Shown here: positions 1 to 9,422 of the stretch, one piece after another
Position numbering within the stretch: position 1 is the first letter of the stretch
Layout of the letters: each line of letters begins with the position of its first letter
Assembly: GCA_021299635.1 (NCBI GenBank)
Contig: JAJTFA010000003.1
Span: 78,079 to 142,078 of the forward strand
DNA length: 64,000 bases
Direction of reading: 5' to 3'
Origin: Sphingobacteriales bacterium
Lineage (GTDB): Bacteria; Bacteroidota; Bacteroidia; UKL13-3
Notes under the pieces: model-generated
The model's input: the letters and a program-made list of their open reading frames with translations, nothing else
Database searches by the model: none
What the model was told of the DNA's origin: nothing
Position numbers and translations under genes: made by a program

Positions 1-504
1 GATTACCGAAACAGGATAAATGGAAGGCTCATCCGGAAACTGCATGCAAATGGCCAGCATTTTTAAATTGCCCATGGTAGGGTAATTTACTTTTGGTGTG
101 CCTTTATACATACGCCCCATTTCTATGGCTTCGGCATTCATGGCATTAAAATCATCGGTAATGGCTTTAACCTGCACACTGTTAAAACGAAGGTGTTTTA
201 GTGGCAAATTCTTCTGCATGGCTGTTTCACTGATTTGGTTAGCAGCCTTCATGCCACTCAATACCAGGTAGCCCTTATTATCCAATATGGCATATTCGTA
301 AATGCCCTGTGCATTTGGTAAAATGGTATAGCCTTCTCCCGTTTCCTTATGATGTATAGCTTCATTGCCATGAATTCTGATGGTAAGCACAGACCCATCG
401 GCCTGCTTAATTTGCATAGGATATGGAGAAGCCGGGCAAATAGAGCGCTGGGCATTTGCCATTATTGAAACCAGCAGAATTAAAAGAAGCAGGTTATGTT
501 TCAT
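1..504 (-). CDS. Secreted protein, 5'-truncated by the window edge (start ATG at 504..502). The N-terminus resembles M6/immune-inhibitor-A-like metalloprotease-domain proteins of Bacteroidota.
   Basis: Hand translation of the minus strand from 504 gives MKHNLLLLILLVSIMANAQRSICPASPYPMQIKQADGSVLTIRIHGNEAIHHKETGEGYTILPNAQGIYEYAILDNKGYLVLSGMKAANQ...NLKMLAICMQFPDEPS... with no stop before position 1. It has a clear signal peptide. The QxDGSxxxIxxxGDE...GYT and LxMLxIxxxFxDEP patterns are recalled from M6-family annotations, not confirmed. The ORF track does not list it because it has no in-window stop. Confidence 0.45.
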   Translation of the reverse strand, partial: MKHNLLLLILLVSIMANAQRSICPASPYPMQIKQADGSVLTIRIHGNEAIHHKETGEGYTILPNAQGIYEYAILDNKGYLVLSGMKAANQISETAMQKNLPLKHLRFNSVQVKAITDDFNAMNAEAIEMGRMYKGTPKVNYPTMGNLKMLAICMQFPDEPSIYPVSVI

Positions 505-667
505 ATTTTTTTTGATAGCGTTTAATATTCCTCGGACAAATAATCATAAATGAGGGCAAAAATACAAGAGCTATTTCGTACCTTCGGTTATGCAGATGCA
601 ACATAAACAAGTTACGTTGTAGTCGGTTTTTACGTTTTGTCATATTCATGTTTAAAAATACAGCTCT

Positions 668-1387
668 ATGAAACAGCAGTTTTATGATGCCCGGATTATT
701 GATATCAAAGAGGAGAGCCCTGCCGTAAAGCGATTTTTCTTTCAGGTGCCGCATATGGAAAAATTCCATTTCAAACCGGGGCAGTTTGTGATGCTTAACC
801 TGCCCATTGATTCAAAAATCTCCTACCGCAGCTACTCCATTGCTTCCGCGCCATCAGATGACAATACGTTTGAGTTGATTATTGTGTTAAACCCGCCCGG
901 GCAAGGCACGCCCTATATGTGGGATAATTATAACATTGGCAGCACGGTGCCGGTTGCAGGGCCCATCGGTAAATTTACCTTGCCTGAGCACATAGCACAC
1001 GACCTGTGTTTTATAGCCACGGGAACAGGCATTGCCCCATTGCGCAGCATGCTGCTGCATGTACTCAATAATTACATTCCGCATAAAAACATATATATGA
1101 TTTTTGGCAACAGAAAAGTAGCGGATATTTTATACAAAACAGAGATGGAAGCTCTGGAAAAACAGTTTCCGGAGTTCAGGTTTATTCCTGTTCTATCTAG
1201 AGAAGAAGCGGCAACCTGGCAGGGCAAACACGGATATGTGCATGAGGTATACGAAGAAATTTTCAGCGACCACAGACCTGCATATTTTTATTTATGCGGC
1301 TGGAGTGCCATGCTTAAAGAAGCCCGCGAGCGACTGAGTAACATGGGCTACGGCAAGGAGCATATTAAGTTTGAGTTGTATGATTGA
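668..1387 (+). CDS. FAD/NAD(P)-binding oxidoreductase of the ferredoxin-NADP reductase (FNR) superfamily
   Basis: 239 aa. It carries an RSYSIAS-type FAD-binding motif (RxYS) and a GTGIAP NAD(P)-binding glycine-rich motif, with FNR-like length and organisation. Confidence 0.8.
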   Translation: MKQQFYDARIIDIKEESPAVKRFFFQVPHMEKFHFKPGQFVMLNLPIDSKISYRSYSIASAPSDDNTFELIIVLNPPGQGTPYMWDNYNIGSTVPVAGPIGKFTLPEHIAHDLCFIATGTGIAPLRSMLLHVLNNYIPHKNIYMIFGNRKVADILYKTEMEALEKQFPEFRFIPVLSREEAATWQGKHGYVHEVYEEIFSDHRPAYFYLCGWSAMLKEARERLSNMGYGKEHIKFELYD

Positions 1388-1622
1388 GTGGTTGTACCTT
1401 TATTATGCTCACATAAGAGTTTCAAGGCTTCTATATTCTTCATTTCATTTTTGATGCTGCTACTTGCTCTTAGCCATTAGCGTTTAACAATTTGAGAATT
1501 TCTTGCTTTCCAGTTTAGCTAAACTCAATTCTTCAATCAAGCTATTGCTAAATGTCATCATACCCAAAAATCTATCTTCCTATTCTCTCCAAGAATGAAA
1601 GCTTCAAAATCAATTACAACTC

Positions 1623-4600
1623 TTACTTAATTACAATTTTCTGCTGCAAACGATTATTATTTTCATCTACTATTAAGGTATACATGCCCGGAGCGAGCGG
1701 TGCGTTAACCGTTAATTCATTTTCACCGGCCTGCAGTGTGCTGCTCTGGCTCCATACTGTTTGACCAAGTAAATTAACTAACCGCGTTTCTACCGCAGTA
1801 GCATTTTTTGCCTGCATGGATATAGTGAAACTTCCATTACTTGGGTTTGGATAAACATGGAATGCACGTAAAGTACTGAGTTTATTTAAGCCTACATTAC
1901 CAATACTAACTTGTTTGCTTGAAGTATCTGTGCAACCTTGCGGGTTGGTTACAACCACCTTAACAGAGCCCGAACCATTGCTTAACCATTGCACCGTTGC
2001 TGCATTGGTATTTTGGCCGGCTACGACAATTCCATTATTTATCTGCCAGTTATAGCTATGATTTAATTGTTGTGCAATTGTGTAGAAATAGGGGGTGCTT
2101 GTTTTTAAGTTAAAACTATCGCCTAACATAGGACCTGTTGTTGGGTTGGGATGAACTATTACCTGCCTAACAATACTATCCTTGCAACCATAGTTTGTGG
2201 TGCTGATTAGTTTCACCGGATAAACACCAACTGCAGCATAGGAATTACCTGGATTTGAAAGTGTGCTCGTTACTCCATTTCCAAAATTCCATTGCACTGT
2301 ATAGCTTCCGTTATCAAGTTGCGTTGAGTCTTTAAATATAAACAGATTGCCCCTTATGCACTGGCCACTATCCTTAGTAGCTATGATTGATTTAGGAAGC
2401 GGAGCATTGAAGATGCGTATGGTGTCAGAGGTGTTTTTGCAACCAACATTATCTGTGAGTGTTACCGTGTATGCACCCGCCTCTGCCGCATTAAGAATTT
2501 GTGTTTGAGCAAGGCTATTATTTCCTTTTTTCCATTGGTAAGTATAACCACTGGCTGCAGTGAGTGCAATGTTATCATTCTTGCATAAACCTAACCTAGG
2601 TGTATTTACGGTTTTATCAGGCAGGTTGCGTATGCTAACCCTTACGCTATCGGTCAAGCTAAAACTGCCAATAGTTTGTGTGCATGTATATGTGGTATTA
2701 GTAGTTGGTGAAACAGTAATGCTTGTTGTGGTATCATTGGTTGACCATTGAACTTTGCTTTGTGTATTTACACCACCAGTATACAATGCTGTTATTTCTT
2801 TTTGAGTAAGTGCACGATTCCAAATTCCCACATCATCTATCTTACCTTTAAATCCATCTCCACCAATGTAAATCGAATCCGTGTTGTCAGGATTTTTATC
2901 GGTATAATTGCAAGTGGAAACTAATTGCCCATCAAGATATATTTTTTTTATGCCTGAGTTATTCCCTGTATTTTGATTTAAAGTAACAACCAAATGATAC
3001 CATTTATTAGTCGTTGGAGCATTAATGTAGCTCCAAGAACAATTACTACCTTGTACACCGGTACCCCAATACAACGCATTTGATAAGCGAAGAATGCTAT
3101 AGTCTCTAGCCGTGCTAAGACCACCCAAAGGTCCTTTGTTCAAAATAAACCCATATCTTTGTAGGTTTGATGTCGCAAGTAAATCTTCCTCATTAACCCA
3201 AAGTGAGATCGAAAGTTGTTTTCCATTTACTGTTCCCACACTATACTTTACTTCATGAGGAATGGCTATTTTACCTGTATTTTGGTTATTGTAATTAAAA
3301 TAGAAAGCGCTATTAGTCTTGCCATATCGATCATTCGTTCCAATAGTCGCACCACTTATTAAGCCATGATTATTATTTCCACTCTCATCAAGCGGGTTGC
3401 CGTTGAAGGGCCACCAGCTTAATAAATTTTTCTTGGGTATATAGCCTGGAACAGATAGCAGAATTTCTGTTCCCTCACATATAATTGTATCTCTTTGTTC
3501 AATACCATCAACAAAGACAACTTTAGTGCTATCAGTTGCTGAGCATCCTGCAGCATTTTGTGCAGTAACTTTATAAACCGAGGCATTCTTAGCCCATATT
3601 GTTTGAGTAGTATCTCCTGTGCTCCATACATATTTGGTATGACCAGCGCCTGCATTTAATAGGATGCTGTCAGCTTTAAATGCTATGGAGGTGTCCGGTA
3701 GTGATACAGTTGGTAATGATGCTACAGACACTCGAATACTATCTGTAAATGTATAACTACCTATTCGTTGGGTGCATCTGTATGTGGTATTGGTGGTTGG
3801 TGTAACAATAATGCTTGCTGCAGTATCGTTGGTTGACCATTGAACTTTGCTTTGCGCAGGCAAATTGCCTAGGATGGATAAACTAATGTTATTACCTGCG
3901 CAAATGGCAGTATCTTTTTGTTGTATGCCCTTTACAAGTAATACCTGGGTACTATCTGTTGCTGAGCAGCCATTTTGATCCTGAACCTTAACCGTAAAAT
4001 TACCATTAAATTTAACCCAGATATTCTGCGTTGTTCTACCGTTGTTCCATAGGTACGTATAGGCGCCTGTAGGAGCTGTAAGTAGAATACTATCTTGCTT
4101 GAATGCGATGCTGGTATCGGCTATATTAAGGTTTATGGGTGCTGAAACCTTTTGCATAAGTGTATTGCTGCTAATTCCACCATTCTTCAGCCTAAGCCTT
4201 ATGTAATAAGTACCTGGTGTTATGTTTAAAGTAGAATTAATACTTGTAACACTAGGGCCAAAACTTCGAATAGTATCAATTTTAGCTAGCGAGGTAAACA
4301 ATGGGTTAAGCGAATACTCTAGATAGGCTGTATCATTTAAAACATTAAATTGACTAACCGATATATTTGAATTACTATTAATAAATGCACACGCAACAGA
4401 GCTTATCGTTATTGCAACACATGGTGAGTCGCAAATTTTTACATCTGCATTGTATTGTGGTGCAATGCCATATCGCCTAGAACCACTTGACGAAAATTCT
4501 GTAACAATCCCACGGATGAATGATAGTGGCGTACCAACTGGGGGCGGTTGGAAAGTATTAGCAACTTTTGGTAAAGTATCTTCATTATCATCTCTGCGAA

Positions 4601-5327
4601 AATAGGCTGAAAAGTCTCTGACGTCAATTACATTACCTAAATTATCTCTTACTGTCCAAAAACTCCTGTTTCCACTAGTTGTAATAGAATTCACTATAAC
4701 ATTTCGTATGATAACCGGTGCGCCTTCCCATCTCTCTGCAGTCTGTTTTTGCGCCAAAGGCGAGCTTGTCTGCCCACCTTGAATTAAATCACTTACAGGA
4801 ATTTCACTATAAGTTATTGTTGTATCATTTAAAGATAATAACTCTACTGCGTTACTAAAAATTGAATTATTTCTAATGAGATTAATTTGAGTCTCACCTT
4901 GGAAGTCTCTTATTACTCCGGTAACTCTTACTCTTTTACCACGAACAAAATTTTGATAGAAATTGGTTTCTGTTAATAAATTGGCAAGCGTAGTTCCAGT
5001 TCCGCTTGGTTCACACATTACAAGAACACTACTCCAAGGTCCTCCTCCTATCCTTTGCATGTAGGCTGCTTTTCTGTTTACAGAAAGCCCATAAATCTTT
5101 GGATTCGTAACGACCACACCTTCAAAAGTAACGGTGTCTTGATAAGTTGTATTTTTAAAAACTGGGGTAGTGTAATCAGGCAAGGTATTAGCAGTTGAAT
5201 CTAGTAATCTTGCTTGGTTAACAAATTGAATAGAATCTATAGGTAAAATTGGATATGGTGCAAATTGTGCATAAGAGAAAATGGTCGTTAATCTCATAAA
5301 AACCAATAAGCAGAGTATTTTTTTCAT
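1623..5327 (-). CDS. T9SS-secreted multidomain surface protein with a LamG/concanavalin-like domain, PKD/Ig-like repeats and a T9SS C-terminal sorting domain
   Basis: 1234 aa with an N-terminal signal peptide (MKKILCLLVFMRLTTIFSYAQ). There is an internal repeat, QSKVQWSTNDT(A/T)xSIxV(T/S)PTTNTTYxCTQxIGS..., occurring twice and also similar at DNA level. A LamG-like stretch reads LLSWWPFNGNPLDESGNNNHGLISGATIGTNDRYGK. A PKD-like stretch reads TVQWNFGNGVTSTLSNPGNSY. The C-terminus VYPNPSNGSFTISMQAKNATAVETRLVNLLGQTVWSQ...GMYTLIVDENNNRLQQKIVIK is a typical T9SS CTD. Confidence 0.85.
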   Translation of the reverse strand: MKKILCLLVFMRLTTIFSYAQFAPYPILPIDSIQFVNQARLLDSTANTLPDYTTPVFKNTTYQDTVTFEGVVVTNPKIYGLSVNRKAAYMQRIGGGPWSSVLVMCEPSGTGTTLANLLTETNFYQNFVRGKRVRVTGVIRDFQGETQINLIRNNSIFSNAVELLSLNDTTITYSEIPVSDLIQGGQTSSPLAQKQTAERWEGAPVIIRNVIVNSITTSGNRSFWTVRDNLGNVIDVRDFSAYFRRDDNEDTLPKVANTFQPPPVGTPLSFIRGIVTEFSSSGSRRYGIAPQYNADVKICDSPCVAITISSVACAFINSNSNISVSQFNVLNDTAYLEYSLNPLFTSLAKIDTIRSFGPSVTSINSTLNITPGTYYIRLRLKNGGISSNTLMQKVSAPINLNIADTSIAFKQDSILLTAPTGAYTYLWNNGRTTQNIWVKFNGNFTVKVQDQNGCSATDSTQVLLVKGIQQKDTAICAGNNISLSILGNLPAQSKVQWSTNDTAASIIVTPTTNTTYRCTQRIGSYTFTDSIRVSVASLPTVSLPDTSIAFKADSILLNAGAGHTKYVWSTGDTTQTIWAKNASVYKVTAQNAAGCSATDSTKVVFVDGIEQRDTIICEGTEILLSVPGYIPKKNLLSWWPFNGNPLDESGNNNHGLISGATIGTNDRYGKTNSAFYFNYNNQNTGKIAIPHEVKYSVGTVNGKQLSISLWVNEEDLLATSNLQRYGFILNKGPLGGLSTARDYSILRLSNALYWGTGVQGSNCSWSYINAPTTNKWYHLVVTLNQNTGNNSGIKKIYLDGQLVSTCNYTDKNPDNTDSIYIGGDGFKGKIDDVGIWNRALTQKEITALYTGGVNTQSKVQWSTNDTTTSITVSPTTNTTYTCTQTIGSFSLTDSVRVSIRNLPDKTVNTPRLGLCKNDNIALTAASGYTYQWKKGNNSLAQTQILNAAEAGAYTVTLTDNVGCKNTSDTIRIFNAPLPKSIIATKDSGQCIRGNLFIFKDSTQLDNGSYTVQWNFGNGVTSTLSNPGNSYAAVGVYPVKLISTTNYGCKDSIVRQVIVHPNPTTGPMLGDSFNLKTSTPYFYTIAQQLNHSYNWQINNGIVVAGQNTNAATVQWLSNGSGSVKVVVTNPQGCTDTSSKQVSIGNVGLNKLSTLRAFHVYPNPSNGSFTISMQAKNATAVETRLVNLLGQTVWSQSSTLQAGENELTVNAPLAPGMYTLIVDENNNRLQQKIVIK

Positions 5328-5527
5328 GTTAATTGTGAAGTTAATTTTAATGGAAAAAACTATTTACCAAATTGAATAAACTTTTATTTGGTAAACCATG
5401 TGCAAGATAAAAATATTTTGAATATTGAGAAATCCAGCTTCTAATTCTTAACGATTAACAAATTGGTTTTTGGTTTACGTTGTCAACTGAATAGTGCTCT
5501 TAGGTTGATCATGTTTCGTTTTCATTG

Positions 5528-5621
5528 TTGTAGCCCGTAGGAGGGCCGAGCGTTATAAAAATGATTCGGGGAATCATTTTAGCGAGGAGCCAGACCGTGG
5601 GGCAGGTATTCCCCTAGGGCT
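5528..5621. repeat. Copy 1 of a tandem ~94-nt structured repeat that shares 14 nt with the 3' end of the adjacent tRNA-Glu
   Basis: The sequence ttgtagcccgtaggagggccgagcgttataaaaatgattcggggaatcattttagcgaggagccagaccgtggggcaggtattcccctagggct contains perfect internal hairpins (aaaatgattc/gaatcatttt and gggg/cccc). It is about 95% identical to copy 2. Confidence 0.7.
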
Positions 5622-5662
5622 AAAAAAGTACTAAGTCTTGAATATTGGTTAAAGCTTACTGC

Positions 5663-5692
5663 ATAAAAAAAGCCTCACCATAAGGTGAAGCT
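5663..5692 (-). terminator. Rho-independent terminator-like hairpin followed by a T-run on the minus strand, between repeat copies 2 and 1
   Basis: The stem is gcctcacc ataa ggtgaagc and is preceded on the plus strand by a7, which is a T-run after the hairpin on the minus strand. Confidence 0.5.
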
Positions 5693-5705
5693 GGGAATTT
5701 ACTTT

Positions 5706-5798
5706 TTGTAGCCCGTAGGAGGGCCGAGCGTTAGAAAATGATTCGGGGAATCATTTTAGCGAGGAGCCAGACCGTGGGGCGGGTATTCCCCAAGGGCT
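5706..5798. repeat. Copy 2 of the tandem ~94-nt structured repeat
   Basis: The sequence ttgtagcccgtaggagggccgagcgttagaaaatgattcggggaatcattttagcgaggagccagaccgtggggcgggtattccccaagggct differs from copy 1 at only a few positions. The unit period is about 177 bp (5528, 5706, and the tRNA 3' end at 5884). Confidence 0.7.
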
Positions 5799-5840
5799 TC
5801 AATATCATAAAGCGCAAAAAAATTGGATTATTTAACTGCA

Positions 5841-5867
5841 TAAAAAAAACCTCACCTGGGGTGAAGT
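5841..5867 (-). terminator. Rho-independent terminator immediately downstream of tRNA-Glu on the minus strand
   Basis: The stem is cctcacc tggg gtgaag, flanked by a8 on the plus strand, which is T8 after the hairpin on the minus strand. Confidence 0.55.
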
Positions 5868-5883
5868 TTTATCTCAATATTTG

Positions 5884-5955
5884 TAGCCCGTAGGGGAATC
5901 GAACCCCTCTTTCCAGGATGAAAACCTGATGTCCTAACCGATAGACGAACGGGCC
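5884..5955 (-). tRNA. tRNA-Glu (anticodon TTC)
   Basis: The minus-strand read GGCCCGTTCGTCTATCGGTTAGGACATCAGGTTTTCATCCTGGAAAGAGGGGTTCGATTCCCCTACGGGCTA folds as a cloverleaf. It has a 7-bp acceptor stem, U8, D-stem GTCT/GGAC, anticodon stem TCAGG/CCTGA, anticodon loop TTTTCAT (anticodon TTC), and T-arm AGGGG TTCGATT CCCCT. Position 1-72 appears to be a G.U pair. Confidence 0.85.
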
Positions 5956-6001
5956 ATTAAAGGGCTGCAAAAATAGGTCTCTTTTTTAATTTCCAAAAAG
6001 A

Positions 6002-6032
6002 TTTGTTTAAAAATATTGGTAGGGTAACTTTG
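6002..6032 (+). promoter_or_regulatory. Bacteroidota-type promoter for gap, with a -33 TTTG box and a -7 TAnnTTTG box
   Basis: TTTG lies at 6002-6005 and TAACTTTG at 6025-6032, about 19 nt apart and about 38 nt upstream of the gap ATG. This matches the established Bacteroidota sigma-A promoter consensus. Confidence 0.45.
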
Positions 6033-6055
6033 CAGCCGCTTAATAAAAAAACTAA

Positions 6056-7069
<1,014 letters not shown>

Positions 7070-7090
7070 GGAAATTTACATCTATAAACG

Positions 7091-7128
7091 GAAAACCCGA
7101 ATCATCTATGGTTCGGGTTTTTTTATTA
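7091..7128 (+). terminator. Rho-independent terminator after gap
   Basis: The hairpin aaacccgaa tcatctatgg ttcgggttt is followed by a T-run (tttttttatt). Confidence 0.7.
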
Positions 7129-7192
7129 GGTGTTACTGATTACAGGATTTTAATTTGGTCATTAAAACATAATCTTTCAATTTTTCTAATCC

Positions 7193-7501
7193 CTACTCAA
7201 CCACCTCCATTAAACTTCTGAAGGCAACAAATTTGCCGTCAAAAAATTTTTTGGTTTCGGCTTGCAGGGCAGGAGCGCAATCACGCTGATACGTCTCATA
7301 ATCGGCCATCGATTTTGCTGTGTACTGAATAACATAAGTTGCACCAGTTTCATCGGGTTGCCTGGTAAGCAATTTTGCCATTTTGTACTCAGTAAAAAAA
7401 CCGGTGCGCATTACATCCGGTATGTGCATTTGCTTCATCCAGCTGAGCCATTGCTCATGCACATCATCTTCTACATTAATAGTTACGTTGTAAATAATCA
7501 T
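7193..7501 (-). CDS. Small conserved hypothetical protein, likely of the DUF4286 family
   Basis: 102 aa beginning MIIYNVTINVEDDVHEQWLSWMKQ... This N-terminus is characteristic of a small Bacteroidota family (DUF4286) that I recall. There is no detectable signal peptide. Confidence 0.55.
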   Translation of the reverse strand: MIIYNVTINVEDDVHEQWLSWMKQMHIPDVMRTGFFTEYKMAKLLTRQPDETGATYVIQYTAKSMADYETYQRDCAPALQAETKKFFDGKFVAFRSLMEVVE

Positions 7502-7503
7502 AT

Positions 7504-9339
7504 TTATTCAATTAAGTTATCGCCACGCAAGGCGCGGTATCGCTTTCGTACTTCGGTAATAAAAAAACTACCCGGAAAGGTATTCATAAATTGCTCGTAC
7601 AATTTTTTTGCTTGTTCTCTGTCGGCAAGATTTACTTCGGTAATATAAGCTAGTGTATACAATGCATTGTCGCCAAGTATGCCTGAGCCATGTTCTTTGA
7701 GCAGTTGTTCCAGGTAGCCTGTTGCTTTGGAATAGTTACGTTGTTTAATACAAATTTCACTACGTTTAAATAACACATCATCCGCTAATGCATGACGCGG
7801 AAATAGCAGATCAATGCTATCTAATAGCATAAGTGCTGCCGCTGTTTGATTTTGAAAATAATATAGATCTGCTCTGGCAAAAAGTTCTAGCGGGTCTTCA
7901 ATACTGTCAATGGTATTGTCTTGAATAAGCAAGGAAAGTTCCAACGCATTATTGGCAATCAGTTGTGTAGTTGCCGTTTTAAGTACATCCAGTTGGGCAC
8001 GTGCCCACTCAAACTCACCGAGGTAATAAGACAGGCGTGCATTTCTGAATTTGGCTTCCTGCCCAAGCGGGTCTTCTAAAAAATCTTTATCAACTTGTCC
8101 GTAAAGCAGCATGCCTTCCCACTCCTCACCTTTCAACACATAAATATCACCAAGCTCTAGTTTGCACTCTGCCTTAAACTTGTTATCCAAGCGCGGCAAT
8201 TCAATAATTTCATTGAATAACGCAATACCGGTTTCGAAATTTTTTAAATGGTAAATCCTTAGTCGCGCCAGCTCACGCATGGCAGATGCCGTAAAATACG
8301 TTTTGCCAAATTCCTGAATATAGTTGAGGTAATCTGTTTCCAATATTTTAATATCTTCGGCAGAATAGTTTCCTGTAAAAAAAACCTTTTTGTTTTTAGC
8401 ATCCAGCATGCCGGTGCGCGCATTCAGGTAATAAGGTTTGGTATTTCCGAATGCAGTGGCAACGTATGCAAATATGAAAGCAGCGGCATCAAATTTTTCA
8501 TTAGCACACGCCAGATACCCTAAATCAATAAGCCTGCGACCTTCTTCTTTGTAGCGTTTATCTATTGCCTTTGCATGTATAAATGCATTGTCAAAATCTT
8601 TGCGTTGCACATATAACCAAATCAGCATTTCATTATATACCTCATTGCCCGGAAAATCCTTACTTTTTTTAATCAACGAAGTTTTTAATATCTGATAATC
8701 GGCATTGTTCTCAATAAACAGTTGCAGGTATCCTTCTACATCTTCTATCAATGACGGGTTGTTTTGCAATGCATTGAGGTATTCTTCACACATCATTCGT
8801 GTTTCTTTTTTCTCGCCATATAGCTGTGCAAGCGGAATGGCAAATAATGAAATGCTGTTGCCATTGATTTTCCTGCCGCGCAAATAGGTTCCAATGGCCA
8901 GATCTGTTTCTCCTCTTTTCTGAAAGGCATTGGCTGTTTCGGTGATATACATTTCACCCGGCTTTAGTTTGCTTATCACTTCATCCCATTCTTTTTTTGC
9001 TTTTTCTGCTCGACCGGCTTTTTTATATACATAGCCCAGATCAACGGGGTAGTAGGCATTGTCTTCGTTTCTGCGCACTTGTTTCTTCACCATTTTTTCG
9101 GCATCATCAAAACGGTTTAGTTTAAAATAACACAACAACAGATTTTCGTAATAATAACCGGATTGACCTGTTTTATTCAGCAGCTTTTCATATAAATCAG
9201 CGGCTTTATCAAACTCATTGTTGCCAAAATATTGTGCAGCCAGCTGTTCATCTTTTTGCTGGGCAAATACACTTAGGCCAAGGCACCAGAAGTATAATAA
9301 AATAATGGGCTGCTTTAACATTGTTGCGAAAATAGACAA
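7504..9339 (-). CDS. Secreted tetratricopeptide-repeat (TPR) protein
   Basis: 611 aa. It has a signal peptide (MSIFATMLKQPIILLYFWCLGLSVFAQQ) and many TPR-like 34-aa helical repeats with the A/Y/F/L pattern. Confidence 0.75.
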   Translation of the reverse strand: MSIFATMLKQPIILLYFWCLGLSVFAQQKDEQLAAQYFGNNEFDKAADLYEKLLNKTGQSGYYYENLLLCYFKLNRFDDAEKMVKKQVRRNEDNAYYPVDLGYVYKKAGRAEKAKKEWDEVISKLKPGEMYITETANAFQKRGETDLAIGTYLRGRKINGNSISLFAIPLAQLYGEKKETRMMCEEYLNALQNNPSLIEDVEGYLQLFIENNADYQILKTSLIKKSKDFPGNEVYNEMLIWLYVQRKDFDNAFIHAKAIDKRYKEEGRRLIDLGYLACANEKFDAAAFIFAYVATAFGNTKPYYLNARTGMLDAKNKKVFFTGNYSAEDIKILETDYLNYIQEFGKTYFTASAMRELARLRIYHLKNFETGIALFNEIIELPRLDNKFKAECKLELGDIYVLKGEEWEGMLLYGQVDKDFLEDPLGQEAKFRNARLSYYLGEFEWARAQLDVLKTATTQLIANNALELSLLIQDNTIDSIEDPLELFARADLYYFQNQTAAALMLLDSIDLLFPRHALADDVLFKRSEICIKQRNYSKATGYLEQLLKEHGSGILGDNALYTLAYITEVNLADREQAKKLYEQFMNTFPGSFFITEVRKRYRALRGDNLIE

Positions 9340-9422
9340 AGCTGCTGATGTTGTGTATAAGCAACGAAATTTCAGTGAAATAATTTTATGTAATTTGAAT
9401 CGTTAACCAGCAATAAAGGATT

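Noticed and set aside
258-455. 65-aa minus-strand ORF near the window start
   Set aside because: It lies in a different frame inside the longer edge-truncated secreted-protein ORF (1..504) that carries a convincing signal peptide. The track appears to omit ORFs lacking an in-window stop.
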